Source: an uncultured Solirubrobacterales bacterium
GTDB lineage: Bacteria; Actinomycetota; Thermoleophilia; Solirubrobacterales; 70-9
Direction: 5' to 3'
DNA length: 64,000 nt
NCBI GenBank assembly: GCA_963776045.1
Contig: CAVZLE010000005.1
Location: 541,599-605,598, forward strand
The notes below the pieces were generated by a model. That model ran no database searches and was not told the DNA's origin. It was given only the letters and a program-made list of their open reading frames with translations. Of this stretch, positions 1 to 8,931 are shown in pieces (positions within the stretch are counted from its first letter, which is position 1; each line of letters opens with the position of its first letter). The position numbers and the translations under genes were made by a program.

Positions 1-112
1 CCTTCACCTCGATGCGCTCGGCGTGAGCCTGACCGAGCTGAGCCCCGAGCAGGCCGCCTACATCGGCGTGTCGGTCGAGGGCCCGTTCAAGCCCGACCAC
101 TACCGCTACTAG
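1..112 (+). CDS. ahcY: adenosylhomocysteinase, C-terminal fragment (5' end outside window)
   Basis: Reading from nt 2 gives [36 protein letters not shown] then TAG at 110-112. The [10 protein letters not shown] ending is the conserved AhcY C-terminus. Confidence 0.85.
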   Translation, partial: LHLDALGVSLTELSPEQAAYIGVSVEGPFKPDHYRY

Positions 113-165
113 CCGGTAGGGGGAACCGGCGCGCCCGGCGCGCGGTTTAGGTTCAATTCACGGCG

Positions 166-1111
166 ATGGGGCGCCTGACCACCCTCGCCGTTGCACTCGC
201 CGCGCTGGCGTTCGCCGCGCCTGCCGCGCGCGGCGGAGTACACCGTGCCGTGGACGGCGACCGGCCTCGCCGGGCAGCAGGACCCGAACTCACCGCCTGC
301 CGGCTCCAACGACTTCGATTGCAGGCCCTCGGCGAAGCACCCGCACCCCGTGGTCCTCGTGCATGGGCTCGCCGCCAACCGCACCGTGAACTTTCCGACC
401 ATGTCGCCGTTCCTGGCCAACCGTGGCTACTGCGTCTTCGCGCTCACCTACGGGACGATGGAGAACAGCGACCTCGGCGTCTACCAGCCAGGCGGCCTCA
501 CCCGCATGCAGGAGAGCGCGCGCGAGCTGAAGCGCTTCGTGGCCAGGGTCCTCGACAAGACCGGAGCCCGCAAGGTCGACATCGTCGGCCACTCCGAGGG
601 ATCGCTGATGCCCAACTTCTACGTCAGGTTCCTCGGCGGCGACCGATACGTCGACGACTACGTGGGCGTCACCCCGCTCTGGGATGGGACCGACCCGGCC
701 GGCCTCGCCACCATCACCCAGATCGGCGCGGCGCTCGGGATCTCCGAGATCGCCTACGACACGCTCGCACCCGTCTGGGAGTCCGGGCCGCAGTTCCTGA
801 CCGGCTCGAAGTTCATCACCAAGATGAACTCGGGCGGGGGCCCCGCCCATCCCGGCGTGGACTACACGATGATCATGACCAAGAACGACGAGCTCGTTCA
901 GCCCTGGCAGAGCGGCTACATGGACGGCGCCAACAACCTCGTGGTCCAGGACCAGTGCATGCTCGACCAGTCCGAGCACCTGTCGATCATCTACGACCCG
1001 ATCACGGCCACGGACATCTGGAACGCGCTCGAGCCGGCCTCCCGCCAGCACGCGGTGCCGTGCGTCCCGGTGCTTCCCTTCGTGGGCGCCGCCGGCTACT
1101 CCGGCAACTAG
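166..1111 (+). pseudogene. secreted lipase/esterase (alpha/beta hydrolase) with an apparent 1-nt insertion between signal peptide and mature domain
   Basis: ATG 166 frame gives the signal peptide MGRLTTLAVALAALAFAAPAARG. ORF 191..1111 (next frame) gives the mature enzyme with PVVLVHGL and a GHSEG nucleophile elbow. Removing one G near 232-236 joins the frames, and 945 nt is then divisible by 3. Confidence 0.75.
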
Positions 1112-1382
1112 CCGCCGCTCGCCGACTAGGCACGGTGCGTGCGCCGAACAGCGCGCGTGGCGGATATTGCCCGCTATGCGGGAAGAAAACGCCAGGCGCT
1201 CACCATCGTGCCAAGCCGTCGCAGGATAGGTGCTTTGGGCCATGCGGACTGCAGCGCAGGGCAGGACAGCTGCGACCAGGCACGCACGCCGTTCCTCCGC
1301 CGCGCTCCTCACTGATTCCGGCCCGCTAGGCGCTTTCCATGCGAAAGCGACTAGGCCGGGACTGCCGACCGGCGACCGCTAC

Positions 1383-1607
1383 CTACTCGTCGCGCGGGGT
1401 GATCCGGAAGACCGAGACGACCTCGGCCTGGTGCGCCTCGGGGTGTGCGACGTAGGCGCTTGGCCCGCCGCCGAACCAGCCGGCGGCCTCGTTGTCGCCG
1501 ACGTAGATGCCCGGATGGTGCTTGCCGTCACCGTCCTCCACCCAGACCTTGTCGCCTTCCTTGAAGCCCTCTTCGATCACTTCGCTCATCGGGTGGAGCC
1601 TATACAT
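1383..1607 (-). CDS. small hypothetical protein (possibly SH3/Tudor-like)
   Basis: C-terminal 74 codons of ORF 1383..1820 (MYRLHPMSEVIEEGFKEGDKVWVEDGDGKHHPGIYVG...) have protein-like composition, while the N-terminal part looks out-of-frame. Start is uncertain (1607 or 1589). Confidence 0.45.
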   Translation of the reverse strand: MYRLHPMSEVIEEGFKEGDKVWVEDGDGKHHPGIYVGDNEAAGWFGGGPSAYVAHPEAHQAEVVSVFRITPRDE

Positions 1608-1836
1608 GGGGTTAACGTCTGCACCCCTCCGCCCGCGTACCGTGCCAGGCGTGTTGAGGAAACGCACGGGAGCCGACCTAATGGTTGCTCTGTTCGGGGC
1701 GGCGAGCGTGACGCTCGTCGGGTTCGGGGGCAGCGAGGTGCTGTTCGGGCCCGGCGCCGAGAGCATCGGCATCGAGGCGACACTGCTCCCCTCGATCGCA
1801 GCGGGAGTGGGCGCGTTCATCTATCTGCTCGTCGAT

Positions 1837-4401
1837 CTACTCGTAGGAGATGGCCTTGATCACGTCGAGCCGCGCGGCGCGGCGGGCCGGCAGGATCGAG
1901 GCGATCAGGCCGAGCACCAGCCCGGCGACCCCGACCCACACCATCGTCGTGACCGGGGGTCGGTAGACCACCCCCGGCACGCCCGACGAGAGGCCCTGCA
2001 GGAGGGCAGCACCTAACCCGGTTCCGACCGCGATCCCGAGCAGCGCTCCGATCAGGCCGATCACGAGGCTCTCGTAGGCGATCGAGCGCCGCACCTGCCA
2101 GCGCGATGCCCCGAGCGCCCGCAACACGCCGATCTCGCGCGTGCGCTCGATCACCGACATCGTGAGCGTGTTGATGATCCCGAACAGGCTCGCGAAGATC
2201 GCAACGCCGACGATCGCGTAGAAGACCCCGAACTGCTCGTTCACCTGCGCCTCGACGTCCGCCTTGAGCTCCTCGTTCGAGAGCACCGACAGGTTCGGGT
2301 AGTCCTTGGACACCACGTCCTCGACCTTGCGGCGCAGCGCCGGCCGCGCGTCCTCGGAGGTCGCCTTCAGCGCCAGCTGGGAGTCCGCGCTGGTGCCGTA
2401 GACGCGCTCCATCGTCTCGAGCGACATCCCGACGGTCTGCCCCCCGAAGACGACCGTCTCCACGATGCCCGCGATCCGCGCCCGCCTGGTTCCTGACGGC
2501 CCCTCGAGCTTCAGGGAGTCGCCCACCGCCAGGTCCTTCTCCTCCGCGTAGGCCTTGCCGACGGTCGCCTCGCCGTCGGTCATGCGCTGGAAGACCTCCT
2601 CGCGCGGGGCGCCCTCGATGTCGGTGGTGTCCACCTTCTCGTAGCGCTTCGGCTCGAAGCCCACCAGCAACCCGTCCTCGCTGGTCTTGCCCTTGGGCCC
2701 GGGCAGATCGGAGGTGAAGATGTAGCGCTCGCGCGCGACCACCGCGGCCTCGGGGATGCGCGCGAGCTTGTCGCGCAGGTCGCGGGCGATCGTCTGCTGC
2801 GGGCCCTGCCCCGGCGCGAAGCCGGTGGGCTGCACGGTGAGGTCGCGGGCGAAGCTGCGGTCGAACTCGTCGGAGATCGTCTTCAGGAAGCTGGAGCCCA
2901 GGCTGTTGACCGCCACCACCAGCGCCAGCCCGATCATCAGCGCCGTCGCGGTCGCGGCCGTCCGCCCGGGGTCCGAGCGCGCGGCGTCGGCCGCGAGCCG
3001 GCCCTCGACGGGGAACAGCAGGCGCAGCGGCAGCGAGAGGACGCGCACGAGCGGCCGGATCACGAACGGGGCGACCAGCGCGATGCCGAAGAAGATCGCG
3101 ATCGTCCCCGTCATGCCGGCGGCCGCGACGACGGTCGTGACCTCCTCGGCAGCGCCCAGCCAGAACGCTCCGGCCAGACCGGCCGCCATCAGCACCAGCC
3201 CCAGCACGGCGCGCCGCGCCCGGAGGCGGGCGCGGAGCCCCTCGGTGCCCAGTACCGCCCGGATCGGCGAGGTCCGGCCGGCGCGGCGCGCCGGGTGGAA
3301 GGCGCCGCCCACGGCGGTCACAAGCCCGGTGGTGACCGCAGCGATTGGAGCCAGGGGTGTGAGAACCAGGTCGCCGACGGGGAAGTCCAGCTCGCGCATC
3401 AGCTCGATCAGGAGCAGCGCGAGCCCGATCCCGAGGCCGAGGCCCACGACCGAGCCGAGCAGGCCGAGCACCAGCGCCTCGGTGAGGACCGAGCCGGCGA
3501 TCTTGCCGCGCGACGCCCCGAGGGTGCGGAGCATCCCGATCTCACGCGTGCGCTGGAAGACGCTCATGTTGAACGCGTTGAAGATCAGGAAGCCCCCGAC
3601 GAAGAGGGCCATGGCCGCGAAGAAGTAGAGGATGGCGTTGAAGGCCTGGAGCTGGGATTCGACCTCGTCGCCCTTCGCCTGCGGGGTGTCCACCTCCACC
3701 CCGCCCGGGAGCCGCTGGCGCAGCCGCTTCTGGACCGCCTCGATCTCCGAGTCGCCTCCGGAGACGACGATGTTGATCTCGTCGAGCTTGCCGCGCTTGT
3801 CCATGACGTCGCGCGCCTCCCGCAGGGGCATCGACGCGAATCCCTCGCCCCCGAAGTCGAGGCCGGTGGAGAACTGGAACAGGCCCACGACGTCGAAGCC
3901 CTTGGTCCCGTCGGGCGTTGCGAGGCGGACGCGCTCGCCGACCTTCACATCGTTCGCCTTCGCCCAGCTCTCCTGAATCGCGATCTCCAGGCCCCGCCTG
4001 GGCTCGCGCCCAGCCACCGTCTGCGAGTCGGTGAGGTCCTCGGCATCGGGATCCTGGCCCGCGACGTTCAGCTGCTTGTCGGCGTCCGGGGAGGCGAGCC
4101 CGTCCTCGACGAGGGTGAACACGCTGAGGACGTTGCCGGCCGCATCGTCGACGCCCGGCACCCGGACGACCCGGTCGAGCGTGTTCGCCTGGAGCGAGTC
4201 CTCGCCGTCGCCGGATACGACCAGGTCGGTCTTGCCGTAGACGGAATCGAAGAGGTCGGAGAAAGTCCGGTTGATGGTCGCCGCCAACAGCAGGACGCCC
4301 AGGATCATCCCGACGCCCAGGACGATGCCGGCGGCGGTCAGCAGGGCTCGCGCGCGGCGCGCGCGCACACGGCGCAGGGCGAGTCCCGAGAAGGAGCGCA
4401 C
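1837..4401 (-). CDS. ABC transporter permease, FtsX/MacB-type with two FtsX domains
   Basis: 854-aa ORF with an N-terminal TM, large extracytoplasmic domains and two four-helix FtsX-like modules. It sits 3 nt downstream of the ATPase gene. Confidence 0.9.
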   Translation of the reverse strand: MRSFSGLALRRVRARRARALLTAAGIVLGVGMILGVLLLAATINRTFSDLFDSVYGKTDLVVSGDGEDSLQANTLDRVVRVPGVDDAAGNVLSVFTLVEDGLASPDADKQLNVAGQDPDAEDLTDSQTVAGREPRRGLEIAIQESWAKANDVKVGERVRLATPDGTKGFDVVGLFQFSTGLDFGGEGFASMPLREARDVMDKRGKLDEINIVVSGGDSEIEAVQKRLRQRLPGGVEVDTPQAKGDEVESQLQAFNAILYFFAAMALFVGGFLIFNAFNMSVFQRTREIGMLRTLGASRGKIAGSVLTEALVLGLLGSVVGLGLGIGLALLLIELMRELDFPVGDLVLTPLAPIAAVTTGLVTAVGGAFHPARRAGRTSPIRAVLGTEGLRARLRARRAVLGLVLMAAGLAGAFWLGAAEEVTTVVAAAGMTGTIAIFFGIALVAPFVIRPLVRVLSLPLRLLFPVEGRLAADAARSDPGRTAATATALMIGLALVVAVNSLGSSFLKTISDEFDRSFARDLTVQPTGFAPGQGPQQTIARDLRDKLARIPEAAVVARERYIFTSDLPGPKGKTSEDGLLVGFEPKRYEKVDTTDIEGAPREEVFQRMTDGEATVGKAYAEEKDLAVGDSLKLEGPSGTRRARIAGIVETVVFGGQTVGMSLETMERVYGTSADSQLALKATSEDARPALRRKVEDVVSKDYPNLSVLSNEELKADVEAQVNEQFGVFYAIVGVAIFASLFGIINTLTMSVIERTREIGVLRALGASRWQVRRSIAYESLVIGLIGALLGIAVGTGLGAALLQGLSSGVPGVVYRPPVTTMVWVGVAGLVLGLIASILPARRAARLDVIKAISYE

Positions 4402-4404
4402 GGG

Positions 4405-5172
4405 CTAGGCGTCGGCCGGGACGGCGCTGAGCGCCACGAACGCCTCGGAGACGGCCTGGCGGTCGCCGCCGGCGATCTCATCGGCCTGCCTGCCGTCGCG
4501 CAGGAACACGACCCGCTCCGCGATCGCAGCGGCACCGGCATCGTGGGTGACGATCACGAGCGTCTGGCCCTCCGTGTCGTTCAGGTCGCGCAGGAGGTCG
4601 AGGATCTGGGCGCTGGAGCGCGAGTCGAGGTTCCCCGTTGGCTCGTCGGCGAGCACCAACTCGGGCTGGGTGAGCAGGGCGCGCGCGATCGACACCCGCT
4701 GCTGCTCGCCGCCTGAGAGCTCGGACGGCAGGTGGGTGACCCGGTGGCCGAGCCCCACCCGCTCGATCAGCTCGGCCGCGCGGTCGCGGATCGCATCGTC
4801 GCGCCGGCCCGAGATGAGGGCGGGCAACAGCACGTTCTCGAGCGCGCTCAGGGCGGGCAGCAGATTGAAGAACTGGAAGACGAAACCGATGCGGTCGCGC
4901 CGGATGCGCGTGAGGCCGGCGTCGGAGAGCCCGTCGTAGCGTTCTCCCCCCAGCGAGATCTCACCCGAGGTCGGAGTCTCGAGCGCGCCCAGGAGGTGGA
5001 GCATCGTCGACTTCCCCGAGCCCGACGGCCCCATGATCGCGACCATCTCCCCCCGCGGCACCTCCAGCGAGACGCCATCGAGTGCGCGCACGGCCGTATC
5101 GCCCTCGCCGAAGACCTTCACGAGCTCGCGCGCCTGCAGAGCGGGTTCGGGGGTGCCCTCCATCCCGGACAT
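4405..5172 (-). CDS. ABC transporter ATP-binding protein (MacB/LolD-type)
   Basis: Walker A GPSGSGKST, signature LSGGEQQRVSIARAL, Walker B LVLADEPTGNLD. Confidence 0.93.
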   Translation of the reverse strand: MSGMEGTPEPALQARELVKVFGEGDTAVRALDGVSLEVPRGEMVAIMGPSGSGKSTMLHLLGALETPTSGEISLGGERYDGLSDAGLTRIRRDRIGFVFQFFNLLPALSALENVLLPALISGRRDDAIRDRAAELIERVGLGHRVTHLPSELSGGEQQRVSIARALLTQPELVLADEPTGNLDSRSSAQILDLLRDLNDTEGQTLVIVTHDAGAAAIAERVVFLRDGRQADEIAGGDRQAVSEAFVALSAVPADA

Positions 5173-5213
5173 TCTGACGTGGAGCGCCCGCGGGCCCTAG
5201 GATCGCGGCCTCC

Positions 5214-5537
5214 ATGTCCGACTCGACGCTCTCCCTGTGGTCCGAGGATTCCGTGCTCTCGATCGCCTCCAAGGGCTCGTTTCTCTCGATCGGATCCGTG
5301 GGCTCGGTGGCTTCGTTCGGCTCCTTTGGCTCCGCGGCCTCGTTCCTGTCGGTCGGCTCGGCCGCCTCGGCATGCTCCGCCTTCTCGGCGGCCTCGTACG
5401 GATCGGTGCTCTCAGCGGCCAGGTCTCGGTCGATCTTGGACGAGGAGGCGCCGGAGGCCGCGCTGAGGGCCGCGGGCGGGCTGCTGGTACTCAGCGGCCT
5501 GGCATTGGCGCTTGCCTCGCGCCGCCGCCGGCGCTAG
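5214..5537 (+). CDS. Ser-x-x triplet-repeat small protein with C-terminal TM helix and poly-Arg tail
   Basis: 107-aa ORF fills an otherwise empty 360-nt gap. Third codon positions are nearly all G/C in this frame. The protein has 22 consecutive S-x-x triplets, then DEEAPEA, GGLLVLSGLALALA and SRRRRR. Confidence 0.6.
   Translation: MSDSTLSLWSEDSVLSIASKGSFLSIGSVGSVASFGSFGSAASFLSVGSAASACSAFSAASYGSVLSAARSRSILDEEAPEAALRAAGGLLVLSGLALALASRRRRR
5223..5420 (+). repeat. coding 9-nt-phase (TCN-NNN-NNN) x22 Ser-x-x tandem repeat inside CDS 5214..5537
   Basis: Residues 4-69 read STL SLW SED SVL SIA SKG SFL SIG SVG SVA SFG SFG SAA SFL SVG SAA SAC SAF SAA SYG SVL SAA. Confidence 0.8.
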
Positions 5538-6577
5538 GCCGGAGGATCTCCCGGCCGCCCGAGCTCGTCCTTCAGGCGCTCGATCACCGGGACGGGTGAG
5601 GGGTCCACGCCGCGGGCGGCGGCGAGGTGCAGGGAGACCAGGTCGCCGAGCATCACCGCCCACAGCATCCGTGCGGTCCGGTTGGGGCCCTCGGTCTCGA
5701 TCTGAAGCACGACGCTGGCCCCGGGCTCGATGAGCTTGGCGGTCAGCTCGGAGCGCTCGCGCTGGCGTGGGTGCTGGTCGGAGTCCTGGAGGAAGACGGC
5801 GGAGAAGCGGGCACCGTTGTCGGGCGCGGCCCAGCCCACGATCTCGTTGTGATCCATCTCGGGAAGAAAGTGCGTGAGGGCGTGCTGCTTGGCGTTCTCG
5901 TTGATCTGCGTCTTCCAGCGGTAGGCCACCGGCTCGGTGAGGTCGCTGCCGTAGATCGCGGGGACGGTGCCCTCGAGCTGTCCGGCGATGTCGGCCGACC
6001 GTGCCACGATCGCGTCGGTCTGCTCGGTGAGCCAGGCGGCCGCGGCATCGATGTCGGTGCGGATGGGGGTACTCGCCTCGATGACCGACGCCGTCTCGGC
6101 CGCGATCGCAAACATGTAGCCGACTGCCGCGCGCGGCTGCAGGCCGGATGGGATGCCGATCACGGGCACGCCCGCCTCGCGCGCCTTCTCGGCGAGAGCG
6201 CCGCCCGTGGTCGCCACGACGCGCTCGGCGCCCAGCGCCTCCGCGCCCTCGAAGCAGGCGAGCGTCTCCTCGGTGTTGCCCGAGTAGCTCATGCACAGGA
6301 TCAGGTTCTCCGGGCTGGCCCAGGGAGCGAGCTCGTAGTCCCGGACGACGCGCAGGGGGCGGGACAGGGTGTCGCCCAGGGCGGCACGCGCCAGCGATCC
6401 ACCGATCCCCGAGCCGCCCATGCCGCAGACCGCCAGCCCGTTGGCCTTCAGGTCACCGAGGCCGGCCGACTCCACCCGCCACAGGGCGTCGCCAAGCTGA
6501 TCCGGGAGGCCGAGGACGTCCTCGAGCTGCCCCGCGCTGTCGATCTCGCGGATCGCCGCGAGCGGGTCGTCGCTCAT
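5534..6577 (-). CDS. bifunctional phosphoglucose/phosphomannose isomerase (SIS domain)
   Basis: 347-aa SIS-type protein (CGMGGSGIGG, YSGNTEET). ATGA start/stop overlap with the upstream nucleotidyltransferase gene. Confidence 0.8.
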   Translation of the reverse strand: MSDDPLAAIREIDSAGQLEDVLGLPDQLGDALWRVESAGLGDLKANGLAVCGMGGSGIGGSLARAALGDTLSRPLRVVRDYELAPWASPENLILCMSYSGNTEETLACFEGAEALGAERVVATTGGALAEKAREAGVPVIGIPSGLQPRAAVGYMFAIAAETASVIEASTPIRTDIDAAAAWLTEQTDAIVARSADIAGQLEGTVPAIYGSDLTEPVAYRWKTQINENAKQHALTHFLPEMDHNEIVGWAAPDNGARFSAVFLQDSDQHPRQRERSELTAKLIEPGASVVLQIETEGPNRTARMLWAVMLGDLVSLHLAAARGVDPSPVPVIERLKDELGRPGDPPA

Positions 6578-7611
6578 GCCGCGACCTCCTCGCCCGGTGC
6601 GACCCGGGCATCTCCTGAAAGGCTCGCCCCGGGGCCGATCCGCGCGGCCTCGCCGACGACGGCGCCGGATGCGATGGTCGCCCCGTCGCCGACCTCGACG
6701 CCTGGAGCAAGGATGGCGCCGCTCACCACCGCGGCGGACCCGACGCTGCAGCCGTCGTCCAGCACCGAGCCCGTGACCGACGCGCCGGGGCCCACGGAAC
6801 CGCCGTGGCCGATCACGGCGCGGGGCCCGACGGTGGCGTCCGGCGCGATCACGCAGCCCTCCTCGATGAGCGTCGCCGCGTCGCCGACGGGCACGTCGGT
6901 CTCGACGCGGCCCTCGAGGATGTCCCAGCTCGCCTGCAGGTAGCGCGCGGGGGTGCCTATGTCCATCCAGTAACCCAAGAGGCGGTGACCGTACAGGCCC
7001 TCCCCAACGAGGCGCGGAAAGACATCGCGTTCGATCGACACCGCACGGCCGTCAGGGATGAGGTCGAGCACCTCCCGCCGCAGCACGTAGGCGCCCGCGC
7101 TGATCTGGTTCGTGACGACCTGCGATGGGTCGGGCTTCTCCAGAAACGCCTCCACCGCGCCGTCTGAGGCGGTGGGGACCAGGCCGTACGACGTGGTGTC
7201 CTCGACCGGGTAGAGCGTGAGCGTGCCGATGGCGCCGGCCGCCTCGTGAAAGCGGATCAGCGAGCTCAGGTCGAGGTCGGTCAGGACATCGCCGTTCAGC
7301 ATCAGGAACTCGTCGGCGAGACCGATCTCCGCATCGACCAGCCGCAGTGGCCCCGCGGTTCCCAGCGGCTCCGGCTCCTCCACGTAGCGAATCCTGGGCC
7401 CGGAGCCCGCCCCGTCGCCCAGCACGCCGCGCAGGAGGTCGGCGCGAAAGCCGCAGGCGAGGATCACCTCGGACACGTCGTGACGCGCGAGCCAATCGAT
7501 CATGAAGCGCAGGAACGGCCGGTCGACCAGGCGCAGGATGGGCTTCGGCCGGGTGAGCGTCAGCGGGCGAAGCCGGGTTCCCTCTCCCCCGACGAGGACT
7601 ACGGCCTGCAT
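6574..7611 (-). CDS. mannose-1-phosphate guanylyltransferase-like sugar nucleotidyltransferase with C-terminal left-handed beta-helix
   Basis: Starts MQAVVLVGGEGTRLRPLT (the G-x-G-T-R-x-x-P-x-T motif). C-terminal hexapeptide repeats. The ORF track entry 6574..8382 is an over-extension. The start overlaps the ugd stop (TGATG). Confidence 0.88.
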   Translation of the reverse strand: MQAVVLVGGEGTRLRPLTLTRPKPILRLVDRPFLRFMIDWLARHDVSEVILACGFRADLLRGVLGDGAGSGPRIRYVEEPEPLGTAGPLRLVDAEIGLADEFLMLNGDVLTDLDLSSLIRFHEAAGAIGTLTLYPVEDTTSYGLVPTASDGAVEAFLEKPDPSQVVTNQISAGAYVLRREVLDLIPDGRAVSIERDVFPRLVGEGLYGHRLLGYWMDIGTPARYLQASWDILEGRVETDVPVGDAATLIEEGCVIAPDATVGPRAVIGHGGSVGPGASVTGSVLDDGCSVGSAAVVSGAILAPGVEVGDGATIASGAVVGEAARIGPGASLSGDARVAPGEEVAA

Positions 7612-8894
7612 CAGCTCGGGCGGCCGATTCCCTCGTAGGTGAAGCCGGCCTCCCGCAGGCCGGCCGGGTCGAGGAAGTTGCGGCCGTCGATCACAAGCGG
7701 GGTCGACATCGTGCTCGCGAGCTCGGCCCAGGGCAGCTCTGCGAACTCGGGCCACTCGGTCACGAGGATCGCGGCGTCCGCGCCGTCGAGGGCGGCCGCG
7801 GCCGAGTCGGCGAACTCCACGTCGGACAGCAGCTCGCGCGCCCGATCGGCGGCCACGGGGTCGTAGGCGGCGACCTTCGCGCCCTCCCCCTGGAGCCGCG
7901 CCGACAACACCAGGCTGGATGCCTCGCGCATGTCGTCGGTGTTGGGCTTGAAGGCCAGGCCAAGGAGCGCGATGCGCTTGCCGGCGAGATTCCCGAGGTG
8001 CTTCTCGAGCTTCTTCAGCACGCGCCGCTTCTGCAGCTCGTTGACCTCGATCACCGAGGTCAGCAGCTGGAAGTGGTAACCGGAGTTGCCGGCGAGCTGC
8101 TTGAGGGCGGTCGTGTCCTTGGGGAAACAGGACCCCCCGAAACCGAGCCCCGCGCTGAGGAACGACGGGCCGATGCGCTTGTCGAGGCCCATCCCCCGAG
8201 CCACCTCGGTCACGTCGGCGCCCACCTCCTCGGAGACGTTCGCGATCTCGTTGATGAAGGAGATCTTCGTGGCGAGGAAGGCGTTGGATGCGAGCTTGAT
8301 CATCTCGGCCGAGGCGACGTCCGTCCGCACCAGATCGCCCCCAAGCGGCCGGTAGACCTCCTCGACGGCGTCGGCGGCCCACTCGCTGCCCTCGTCGGCG
8401 CCGACCACGACGCGATCCGGATGCAGGAAGTCCTGGACGGCCGAGCCCTCCTTCAGGAACTCCGGGCAGGAGACGTAGGCGAGCGAGGGCTTCTCGCGGC
8501 GGATCGTGGCGCCGGTGCCGGCCGGTACGGTCGACTTCATCACCAGGGCGTGCGTGCCGTCGTCGGCCAGCTTCGACACCACGGCCTGGACGCGGGAGAG
8601 GTCGGCGTCGCCCGAGTAGGTGGGAGGAGTGTCGACGCAGCAGAAGAGCAGGCGGGCGCGCTGGAGCACCTCGTCCATGTCGGTGGTGAAGGTCAGGCGC
8701 TCGCGGTTGCGCTCGAGCAGCTCCTCGATCCCCGGCTCGTGCATCGTGACCTGCCCGGCACCGAGGGCCGAGACCTTGGCCTCGTCGACGTCCATGGCGA
8801 CCACGTCACGGCCCAGGTCGGCGAAGCAGGCGGCCGTGACCAGGCCGACCCAGCCGACGCCCACCACTCCTATCGCATCGTTGGATTCGCTCAT
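7611..8894 (-). CDS. ugd: UDP-glucose 6-dehydrogenase family protein
   Basis: N-terminal Rossmann motif GVVGVGWVGLVTAACFA and catalytic region GFGGSCFPKD, over 427 aa. Confidence 0.9.
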   Translation of the reverse strand: MSESNDAIGVVGVGWVGLVTAACFADLGRDVVAMDVDEAKVSALGAGQVTMHEPGIEELLERNRERLTFTTDMDEVLQRARLLFCCVDTPPTYSGDADLSRVQAVVSKLADDGTHALVMKSTVPAGTGATIRREKPSLAYVSCPEFLKEGSAVQDFLHPDRVVVGADEGSEWAADAVEEVYRPLGGDLVRTDVASAEMIKLASNAFLATKISFINEIANVSEEVGADVTEVARGMGLDKRIGPSFLSAGLGFGGSCFPKDTTALKQLAGNSGYHFQLLTSVIEVNELQKRRVLKKLEKHLGNLAGKRIALLGLAFKPNTDDMREASSLVLSARLQGEGAKVAAYDPVAADRARELLSDVEFADSAAAALDGADAAILVTEWPEFAELPWAELASTMSTPLVIDGRNFLDPAGLREAGFTYEGIGRPS

Positions 8895-8931
8895 GGGGCT
8901 TCCCCGAAGCCGTCGGGGGCGGGGAGCGTAG

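Noticed and set aside
166-1329. 387-aa ORF starting at ATG 166 as the lipase gene product.
   Set aside because: Only its first ~23 codons (the signal peptide) look real. The rest is Arg/Pro/Gly-rich out-of-frame translation of the lipase gene, which is in the next frame (191..1111).
1112-1382. Possible small RNA or terminator in the 270-nt gap after the lipase gene, including hairpin CTAGGCGCTTTCcatgcGAAAGCGaCTAG at about 1326-1354.
   Set aside because: No match to any RNA family I recognise. The hairpin has a mismatch and no U-tract. It may simply terminate the convergent small gene, and I cannot support a feature call.
5440-5537. Calling the C-terminus of the Ser-x-x protein a PEP-CTERM sorting signal (APEA...hydrophobic...RRRRR).
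   Set aside because: The motif is PEA rather than PEP, there is no N-terminal signal peptide, and no exosortase gene is in the window. The resemblance is noted only as a lead.
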